From positions 1 to 34,852 of the forward strand of contig LT635949.1 of NCBI GenBank assembly GCA_900128565.1: DNA of 34,852 nucleotides, in the 5' to 3' direction. Of the stretch, positions 27,684 to 34,852 are shown one piece after another (the first letter of the stretch is position 1; every line of letters begins with the position of its first letter). The position numbers and the translations under genes were made by a program. The notes beneath the pieces are model-generated. The model saw nothing but the letters and a program-made list of their open reading frames with translations, was not told the origin of the DNA and searched no databases. The stretch comes from Stramenopiles sp. TOSAG23-6. Taxonomy: Eukaryota.

Positions 27684-28964
27684 TCAAGATATAGGCAAAA
27701 ACATACAGTAATTCATTGATTTTAAGATGACCTTTTCTTCACGAATAAACCTGTCCAACTCAAAATTTTCACAAATTTCAGGAAATTCTTCATCGCAATC
27801 TGACACATCAATTTTTTCTTGTTCATAAATTTTTACCGCCAGGATCACACAATGTACCCATGCGGTAATATCATCTAAAGGAGCCCAAATTTCACCATCT
27901 TCATCACCTTCTTTCTCTTCAGTTGCAATTCGTTCTAATGCGTCTGGTGAAGCATACGCAGCGTTATGATATGCACTTGCAGCAACTAATACAAAATCAT
28001 TTTGTATTTCAAAAACACGACAAACTTTTTGTAGGGTTGGATGGCGGACAGTTTTGTTTTTTCCCTTTCGTTTTGTTTTTGAACCAGTTTTTTTACTTTG
28101 GTCCGTGACAGTCTTCATTGTAAATAATTTTGGATTCACTGTTTGAAATTTTTCATTTGATGCAAATATAGGCAGCATCAATGCTTCTTTTGCTGTAATA
28201 CGAGTACTTGGATTCTCATCAAGAAGTTGTTTAAGGAGGTTTGGAACAGGTTTGTCTGGAAGGTCAGCTTTAATTTGTTTTACTTTTTGGAACGCAGCTT
28301 TATCTCTTTCACACTTTAATTCTCCTACAAATGTCTCTAACAGAACAATACCTACACTCCATATATCTGCGGAAATATCATATTTTTCTTTTGCGTATAC
28401 TTCTGGTGCCATATATCCTGCAGTACCACAATCAGTGGTGTGAGTCGTCCCATGAAGATCTTTTTTATTAGTAATCTTGGCCAAACCAAAATCAATCAAT
28501 ACTGGACACATTTTATCAGTAAACATGACATTCTCAGTTTTGATATCTCGATGCATTACACCATTTTCATGAAGATATGCTACAGCAGAAAGTAAACCAT
28601 GTGCAATACGAAGTTTGAGACCTTTTTGTTTGAGTCCAGAGCCCTGAATTGCGCCTTTTAAATCGCAAACAAATTTTGGCATTACCATACAAAGCTCACC
28701 CTCAATCACACATAAATCTGACATACCAACTATATTAGGATGAGCATTTTCACCGCTCAGGATACGAAGCATGGCCAACTCACGAAACGTTTCCAGTGCA
28801 GTTGTCTCATCCTCCTCGTCTGGTTCAAATGTTTTCATTGCAAATACTGCTCCATCATCGTCATATACCATATTTACTGCACCACAAGCACCATCACCGA
28901 GCCGCTGAGCACGATGATATTGCTTCCATGGTAAAGATCCAAAGCAAAACTGTCTTGCTGACAT
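27684..28964 (-). CDS. Ser/Thr kinase with a CDK-like N-lobe and a C-terminal cyclin-box-like domain
   Basis: Kinase motifs LGDGACG, AMK, ETFRELAMLR, HPNIV, HRDIKTEN, DFG, GTAGYMAPE, DIWSVG and RITAKEAL. The C-terminus has HCVILAVKIYE and FIREEKVILKSMNY, like cyclin-box helices 3 and 5. Confidence 0.85.
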   Translation of the reverse strand: MSARQFCFGSLPWKQYHRAQRLGDGACGAVNMVYDDDGAVFAMKTFEPDEEDETTALETFRELAMLRILSGENAHPNIVGMSDLCVIEGELCMVMPKFVCDLKGAIQGSGLKQKGLKLRIAHGLLSAVAYLHENGVMHRDIKTENVMFTDKMCPVLIDFGLAKITNKKDLHGTTHTTDCGTAGYMAPEVYAKEKYDISADIWSVGIVLLETFVGELKCERDKAAFQKVKQIKADLPDKPVPNLLKQLLDENPSTRITAKEALMLPIFASNEKFQTVNPKLFTMKTVTDQSKKTGSKTKRKGKNKTVRHPTLQKVCRVFEIQNDFVLVAASAYHNAAYASPDALERIATEEKEGDEDGEIWAPLDDITAWVHCVILAVKIYEQEKIDVSDCDEEFPEICENFELDRFIREEKVILKSMNYCMFLPIS

Positions 28965-29319
28965 CCTTTTTCTACAAAATCTTCCAAAATTTGTAAAAAC
29001 CTTTTCTTCGGAAGTGGTTCTGGAACCAAGTCTGAAGTTCTGAACACTTTTTTTTTGCCAAACATCAACTTTTTATTCGCGCGCAAAAAAGACCCCGACG
29101 AATTGATAAAATATTTTAATCAAATCGCTCCATTATTTTTTATTTTTTTTCTGTATATATTAAATATTTATTCATCGGTCAACTGAAGCTATAGCTAGAT
29201 TATTAAAATATTAAGGTATCAATAAAGAACATCAAGATTTTTTTTTATTTCTTGAGCGAAAACACGAAATGAATGAAGCATATTCGTTAATTTATTCCGT
29301 ATTATAGAAAATACATTAA

Positions 29320-30216
29320 TCATTCTAGACCGTCATCGTACTCTTGTTGTTCGTTTTTCTGTTGAAAATCAACAGAAATATTCTTGTTTTCACTCGCCAT
29401 ATGTAATAAAGTGATTTTTCTCGCTAGCATTTGTGCCTCGACTTTGGCTTTTTCTTGTTCACTTTGCTTTTGTTTTTTATTTAGCGATTTATTATACACT
29501 ACATAATCTTTTTCAGTATTTGAACAGGTAAGAGAAGAACCATTATATTTAAAGAATTTTTTAGTTTTCGATTGCAGAAAAGAATTCATGACACTGTTGA
29601 TATTGAGATATTGAACCATGATATGATGCATTGACTGTTTTTTTGCGATAAGTGTCATTAACTGAAAGAGATGTTTTCCTAAACCTTTGCGCTGATAGTC
29701 GTCACGGATCTGAATTTCCTTCACCAACAAACACGATTCACCAGACATTTCATTATACAAAGCCCCTTGAAGCGTAAAGCAAAGGGTTGCGTATCCTATT
29801 ACCTCGCGTCCAGGTAAAGAGTTATCGAAACATACAATGTGCCGAGTAGATTTCTCCTTCAAATCTTCTTCTTTATCTTCATCGACCCATTCGAAGTTAC
29901 CAGCATAAATAGGCTTCATATTATCCTTTGTAATCTCTAAACAAGTATCACAAATGTCTTCTTCTTTTCTCATTAAACTCCCACTGAAAAATTCTAAAGA
30001 AATATCCAAATTATTCCTTCGATATAAACAAAAAGGTTGGAAGTCATTTAATACATTGCGGTCTGTGCCATCTGAGTTAAATAAAGCTGCTCTTAATGAA
30101 ACAAGGAATTCCTTTGGTGTCTTCAACTCCTTCGAAAGCATATTCGTTGTTTTCCCACCCCCACCTCGAGATTTCCCACTACCGCCTTTTGAACATTTAC
30201 CTCCACCAGATGCCAT
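29320..30216 (-). CDS. NAA40: N-alpha-acetyltransferase 40 (NatD)-like GNAT
   Basis: PFCLYRRNNLDISLE, ITKDNMKPIY...W..EDKEEDL, and EIQI..DYQRKGLGKHL (acetyl-CoA motif) follow the NAA40 pattern. Confidence 0.75.
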   Translation of the reverse strand: MASGGGKCSKGGSGKSRGGGGKTTNMLSKELKTPKEFLVSLRAALFNSDGTDRNVLNDFQPFCLYRRNNLDISLEFFSGSLMRKEEDICDTCLEITKDNMKPIYAGNFEWVDEDKEEDLKEKSTRHIVCFDNSLPGREVIGYATLCFTLQGALYNEMSGESCLLVKEIQIRDDYQRKGLGKHLFQLMTLIAKKQSMHHIMVQYLNINSVMNSFLQSKTKKFFKYNGSSLTCSNTEKDYVVYNKSLNKKQKQSEQEKAKVEAQMLARKITLLHMASENKNISVDFQQKNEQQEYDDGLE

Positions 30217-30465
30217 ACTACAGTCGATAAATACACCTACTAAGTAACTTTCCTACTTTAATGAAGTATTTAGTCGCTATTTAGTCGTCGAAACTCGAAA
30301 AGTTGTTTTTTATATCAATCAATTGGTCAAAAAATATTTCAGACTTTGATTGATTGATTGCTTACTAGGGTTAGGGTTCAAAAAGAAGTGCTGGCACCAC
30401 AACAAAAAGTGTAAAAAAAGCAGCACTCAATTTATTTCAGACATGTTATTGATACTTTAATCAAA

Positions 30466-32136
30466 ATGCTGAATAGTACATTAAGAGAGTGCGCTTCAAA
30501 TCTCCGCAGCTTGAACCAAGAAACGCCTAACTCATGTACCACTGAGAAACAAAAAGAATCTAAGGATGATTTGGTGAGTCGTTTAAAACATATTTCATCC
30601 GAGCTCGGGCTTGATTTTTGTGATGAGGCTGGTCTTGATAATATTGTCACTATTGAAAATCCAACGATGTTTATTGAGATAACTATGGGTGATGGTAAAT
30701 CTATTCGTGTCGAGCAAGACCAGGGTGATCTTCTCCGTCGTGATACTGATTGGGAATCAGACATTAATAATAATTTAAAAAGGGTACTTCAAGAAAATTC
30801 TCTCGAACAAGTAGAGACAGCTTTATATGGTTTAGCACGTCGTAGCAGACTTGTTCAAAAATACAAAAGGTTACAAGCACAGTATAAAGAATCACAGACT
30901 CCAAACCCTAGTCAATCTTTAGTCAGTTTTCACAAAACTGAAACTGAGTTGTACACAATATTTAAAAATATAGTGAAACTAAGTAACGAAGAAACTTCAT
31001 CGGAAACAAACTCAGTGGCTCTTACTCAGAATGGTAAATATAGTGTCAGTCGTACTTGTGAAGGTGTAATTCTACATTATTTTTCGAATAACATTAGAAA
31101 TATAGAGTTTGCATGTAAATGTATATTAACTAGTGGTGGTGTTATCTTTAGACTTTCGCCAGCAGTATGCTTACCTAATATTATATGTAATTATATACGA
31201 AACCAGTTTACTTTATTGATACATGATTCAGGAAACAAAAAGGGATATATTTCAATGAATGGCTCTAAAAATGAACTCACTGTTTCTCATTCCAATGATG
31301 ATCACTCAGACTTTCAAGTACAAAAAAACCTTGCACGAGAATTGTTGGTGTTGCATAAAAGTTTCATTCAAAATCCTTTTTTTTTTACACCGTTACTGAA
31401 CATGAGTGTTTCGGGAGAAACGTTTCATGTTGAGAGTAATAGTTCTTCATCAATTATAAATGGGGAAAAGATACCAAGCTTACAAATGGTAACAGATTTA
31501 AATGTCCAGCCAATAGATGTTACAAGTCTGGAAAGTTCAATTAAATTCCATCAAAAACTTTACTCTATTTTACAACTAATAAAATGGGTTATTGAGATGA
31601 ATAGATTATTCTGTGATGGTATAAATCAAATACATATTGATAGGTTTAATCCTATATTAGATAAACCTTCTTCTGTTTTAGCAAATGATGAAAAGAAATA
31701 TATGTATATTAAATCTGTTGTACCAGGTATACAAATTTGTAAAGTCAGTGATAGCAATAATATGACTTCATTTGAATCACAGATGATATTTTTATGTGAA
31801 ATTAGTAGAAACAATTCCAAAAACAATTCCAAAAACATATCAAACTCTAACAGCAGATTCACCACGGACACTATGAAAGTTGTTATCCATTCAAGAAGTC
31901 CAAAAAATTGTTTCACAAGAGTGGAATATGTATTGAATACAAAAACGATAGTTTTGATGAGAGATGATATTTTCAAAGAATTTAATGGTACAACAAACAA
32001 TATTGTAAGTGCTTTGAAACATGGAATCCAATTGTTTTCCCCAAAAACTGACAAAAATGAGAAAATTTCACCTAAAATAACAAAACGAAAGACAAAAGCA
32101 ACAGATAACAAAAAGAGTAAAAAAACTCGGAAATAA
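30466..32136 (+). CDS. Putative Mediator subunit MED1-like protein
   Basis: RLKHISSELGL...TIENPTMFIEITMGDGK...LKRVLQENSLEQVETALYGL resembles the MED1 N-terminal domain as I recall it (RLESIARQNGL...YITSDMFYVEVQL...LVQQLREKNFDEFSKHLKGL). It has a basic C-terminal NLS-like tail. The ORF is solid but the identity is tentative. Confidence 0.5.
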   Translation: MLNSTLRECASNLRSLNQETPNSCTTEKQKESKDDLVSRLKHISSELGLDFCDEAGLDNIVTIENPTMFIEITMGDGKSIRVEQDQGDLLRRDTDWESDINNNLKRVLQENSLEQVETALYGLARRSRLVQKYKRLQAQYKESQTPNPSQSLVSFHKTETELYTIFKNIVKLSNEETSSETNSVALTQNGKYSVSRTCEGVILHYFSNNIRNIEFACKCILTSGGVIFRLSPAVCLPNIICNYIRNQFTLLIHDSGNKKGYISMNGSKNELTVSHSNDDHSDFQVQKNLARELLVLHKSFIQNPFFFTPLLNMSVSGETFHVESNSSSSIINGEKIPSLQMVTDLNVQPIDVTSLESSIKFHQKLYSILQLIKWVIEMNRLFCDGINQIHIDRFNPILDKPSSVLANDEKKYMYIKSVVPGIQICKVSDSNNMTSFESQMIFLCEISRNNSKNNSKNISNSNSRFTTDTMKVVIHSRSPKNCFTRVEYVLNTKTIVLMRDDIFKEFNGTTNNIVSALKHGIQLFSPKTDKNEKISPKITKRKTKATDNKKSKKTRK

Positions 32137-32332
32137 TAGTAAACATTGTTTTATTAAATGATAAATATTTTACATTCATTGTATTTAGTTCCCACTTCTC
32201 ATTGAAAAACAAAACAATTTTTCTTTACAACGACTAAAACTTTTACAACAAATGTAGTATAATTCTGTTATGTTTTTATTTTTTATTTGAAAAATTCTAT
32301 ACGATGAATCAACTACAAACATATACACAATT

Positions 32333-33142
32333 TCAACGATTGTTATATTTCTCTTGCTCATATCTGTCTTGTACTTTGTGATGCACTTGTTGTTTTTCCC
32401 ATTGTTCGGAGTCTACCCACGGATCGAGATAATATTTATTATTTTCTATGTTCTTCTTTTTTTCATTATTTATTCTTTTATTTAACAGCCAATTCCACTG
32501 TTCTTGCTCAAAAAGCAAACTTTCATCATCGTATGTTTTCTGATGATTATCTATATCCATTAATCTAAGTGGTATATCTTTCCCATATTCAGAAGGGTTA
32601 TCCTTTCTATTTTGACTATAATGCGGACTTGGAACAATAGTAGGAGAAATAAACGTGTCATAATTACTTTTAATAGGCTCTGATGTGTCATTGTTCTCAT
32701 GTTTAAATTTCGAATTTGCATAATGCTGTGGTATATATCGTGTTGATGATCTACGCATCATTCTATCTATACCTTTTTCTTGTGCTTCACGAACTATCCG
32801 TTGATATTTCGTAGGCTCTTGTGCATTACGCAGTACGTCACTAATTCTATATTTACTTCCATAAGCAAGAGCTCCGATATGTGCTCCAATAGCAGCACCG
32901 AATAATACAAATGGTAACCTATGTGTAGACTTGGCAGTAAATTTCAAACCGCTACGCACAAGATATTTAGGGTGTTGGCGGCATAAAGCGTAACTCGCAG
33001 CGCCGGCAACACTTCCAACTACAAAGCCTTTAAAGCCACCGGTCCATATTGCACGACGTATATCCGCGATTTGACGAAAGTCTTCGGGTTCTAAAATGTC
33101 CTGTAATGACTTTTTCTTCTCATCTCTACGTGGGCTATCCAT
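32333..33142 (-). CDS. Two-TM membrane protein, function unknown
   Basis: 269-aa ATG-initiated ORF with two Gly/Ala-rich hydrophobic helices near the N-terminus and a hydrophilic tail. Confidence 0.7.
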   Translation of the reverse strand: MDSPRRDEKKKSLQDILEPEDFRQIADIRRAIWTGGFKGFVVGSVAGAASYALCRQHPKYLVRSGLKFTAKSTHRLPFVLFGAAIGAHIGALAYGSKYRISDVLRNAQEPTKYQRIVREAQEKGIDRMMRRSSTRYIPQHYANSKFKHENNDTSEPIKSNYDTFISPTIVPSPHYSQNRKDNPSEYGKDIPLRLMDIDNHQKTYDDESLLFEQEQWNWLLNKRINNEKKKNIENNKYYLDPWVDSEQWEKQQVHHKVQDRYEQEKYNNR

Positions 33143-33495
33143 GATAATTTTCTTTGTTTGAGTTTTAGTATTCGAATCTTAAGGACCAGATTAAATAAAA
33201 CTGTAATGTGTTCCAGTTTGTGTTGTGGTTGTTTGATGAAAGATTTTCTGGAAAGATTGACCGCAGGCGAAGTCTGTAACGTTTACAAAAACACGAAAAA
33301 AACCCGAAAAAATGCAAAAAAAGAAAAACAAAAGAAGAGAATTAGAGAGAAGGCCAACAAGAAGAAGAAAGCACACAACAACAAAATTTTCAACGGTTGT
33401 TAGGTTGCTCTTTACTGTTGAATATTGCTGTGGCATCCACGTAGAATTTTATTGATAGGGACATATCCATAGAAATATATTAGTACATCATAGTT

Positions 33496-33777
33496 ATGCC
33501 GTATGTGTCTAATGGTCGAGTGACGGAGAAGCGATCAATGTGGAGACTTTCCATATTTTCCGACACATTTTGGGGCATTTTAGATTTTTTAGCGCTTTTT
33601 TTACAAACAATGTTTACGCCGGATTCATTCGATAAACGTTGGCGACGAAAGCCAACGAATAACAATGGTGATGGAGGGTCTGGTGGAGGTGGTGGAGGCG
33701 GTCCTCGACGTCTTGGTCGTATAAATAATCAGGATGCAGTCAAAATGAAGCCTCCTATGGGTGGGGGCTGATCATAA
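33496..33777 (+). CDS. SELENOK: Selenoprotein K (93 aa, Sec encoded by TGA 33769-33771; true stop TAA 33775-33777)
   Basis: MPYVSNGRV..KRSMWRLS...FWGI..F..LFLQTM, a Gly-rich region, PRRLGRI and PPMGGG-TGA-TCA-TAA. This matches the SelK pattern MVYISNGQV...SPWRLS...PPMAGGU. Confidence 0.92.
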
Positions 33778-33934
33778 GTGAGGTGTTTTGTGTATCAGTT
33801 GTCTTTTATTTCTCAAAAATATATTAACATTGAGCTATATCACACGTATTTGTTGTAGATATTGTAATTGCAGACGCATGATACACAAAAAGCCTCATGC
33901 CCTTGTATGAATCAACAGAATTTGAAGTGGTTGT

Positions 33935-34012
33935 TAGTTTCCTTTGACGTATTTAACGTGAAAACCAAACATATATTTTATAAGTGGAGACGTAATTTGA
34001 CCGAGGAAACTA
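33935..34012 (+). promoter_or_regulatory. Candidate atypical SECIS element
   Basis: A perfect 9-bp helix TAGTTTCCT/AGGAAACTA encloses opposing TGAC (33945-33948) and TGAC (33998-34001). AAAA lies 12 nt above the 5' TGAC. The core is TTGA rather than ATGA, and helix II is weak. Confidence 0.4.
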
Positions 34013-34102
34013 TTCATTTCTTTGCAAAGTTGATTAAAATTTTAAAATAATATAATATTAAAAATTGTCAAACAACAGTTTTTTCAAAAAGATATTTTAC
34101 TT

Positions 34103-34744
34103 CTAGTTTTGCTGACTTTGACGAAAAGCAATTCGCTGAGCTTTAAACCTTGATATTTTTTTACGCTGCGGTTGATACAGCTCTTGCTGACCATCATTTT
34201 TAGGGTTTCTATTGAATATAACACGTTTACCCCTTCCCGATACATCATCAAAAGAAGTGCTCTTTTTGATATTTGAATTGTTTGGTTTTGAATTGTCCGT
34301 ATTTTTTGTAGTGAATAACTCATTCTTCGTTACTTGTGTAGGTATATTTTGTATTCCCTTTGGTGGAATGACATTAAATTGCAAACTACCAACTTTCATT
34401 GGAATTGGTACAGGTAAATCAGGCCACTTTAACATTTTAGAACTTGGTTTACAGATCTTGTCTACATGAGAGCCCAGAATATTAGGGTTAGGGTTGCCTA
34501 GAGTGGAAGACTTTGGAAAAGAACGTTGCAAAGAATTAATGGCATCTTGTCTAACATTCACAGAAGTTACATCGTTGCTAAATAACGCTTCATGAATGTC
34601 TTCCGGAGACATTTCACCACTCGATACACTACCATTATTTACAACGTGATCAGGGTTAGAGTTAGGGTCAACAACACCACCTAGCATGTTCTGTAAACGT
34701 TTTAATGAAGCCAATTGTTTTTTTTGCTTCATGTCATTTTTCAT
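34103..34744 (-). CDS. Hydrophilic protein ending in a URI1/Bud27-like C-terminal motif; 5' end uncertain
   Basis: The frame is open to about 34825 and the first ATG is at 34744. The C-terminal RKKISRFKAQR resembles KRVSKFKAAR of URI1. No prefoldin domain is visible in the window. Confidence 0.55.
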   Translation of the reverse strand: MKNDMKQKKQLASLKRLQNMLGGVVDPNSNPDHVVNNGSVSSGEMSPEDIHEALFSNDVTSVNVRQDAINSLQRSFPKSSTLGNPNPNILGSHVDKICKPSSKMLKWPDLPVPIPMKVGSLQFNVIPPKGIQNIPTQVTKNELFTTKNTDNSKPNNSNIKKSTSFDDVSGRGKRVIFNRNPKNDGQQELYQPQRKKISRFKAQRIAFRQSQQN

Positions 34745-34797
34745 TTTCCCTTTTATATTTTGTTGACTCTTCTCTTTACTATTATTCGGTCTTTTTT

Positions 34798-34852
34798 CTT
34801 TAACTTGCAACTTTTTTTTTTCCCTTTAGTAGAGATAGTGACCATGGATTTT
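34798..34852 (-). repeat. 55-bp exact inverted copy of 22254-22308 at the window edge
   Basis: The reverse complement reads AAAATCCATGGTCACTATCTCTACTAAAGGGAAAAAAAAAAGTTGCAAGTTAAAG, identical to 22254-22308. Confidence 0.95.

Noticed and set aside
26115-28964. Endogenous giant-virus segment
   Set aside because: There are no viral hallmark genes, integration boundaries or visible compositional shift, and the flanking genes are ordinary eukaryotic ones.
33158-33436. Overlapping 81-aa ORFs in the spacer upstream of SelK (and 24473-24664 upstream of AGPS)
   Set aside because: They come from A-rich or T-rich promoter sequence between divergent genes and have no recognisable protein features.
33878-33912. 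ATGA...AAA...TGA at 33878-33910 as a canonical SECIS
   Set aside because: Helix II would be only about 4-5 bp and out of register with the quartet. This ATGA is better paired in the long stem with 33779-33797.
1-34852. Alternative nuclear genetic code
   Set aside because: TAA, TAG and TGA all end genes at expected positions, and long ORFs read cleanly in the standard code. The only recoded stop is the SelK TGA.

Overview
AT-rich, gene-dense, intron-poor eukaryotic (protist-type) genomic DNA read in the standard code. It holds about 18 protein genes with short intergenic spacers and several head-to-head pairs. The gene content suggests a stramenopile-like lineage, but this is weak inference. 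Recognisable genes: a sulfite-oxidase-family enzyme, CCDC86/Cgr1, threonyl-tRNA synthetase, a CDPK, alkyl-DHAP synthase, NAA40, a MED1-like protein and selenoprotein K. Main result: four of the five introns I can find (4325-4421, 4096-4188 and 11247-11347 on minus; 25744-25837 on plus) form one 93-101 nt sequence family. Each has a normal GTRTGTT donor and an ACCTRAC branch-point-like motif. In the two cases where protein conservation fixes the boundary, the intron does not end in AG. All four end in a shared 19-nt block (ATATTTTYYYAMWATWHWT) whose last two bases (AT or TT) repeat the last two bases of the upstream exon. Short GTAT/ATAC-like terminal inverted repeats and a degenerate intergenic copy (6660-6714) suggest an introner-type mobile element that needs AG-independent 3' splice-site choice. 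It coexists with an ordinary GT-AG intron. Other points of interest are a kinase-cyclin-box fusion, a ThrRS-EMAPII fusion, a sulfite-oxidase homologue with a remodelled substrate pocket, SelK with unusual 3' RNA structures, and a 55-bp exact inverted duplicate at the right edge. No transcript data were available, so all splicing calls are inferred from DNA and protein-motif conservation.
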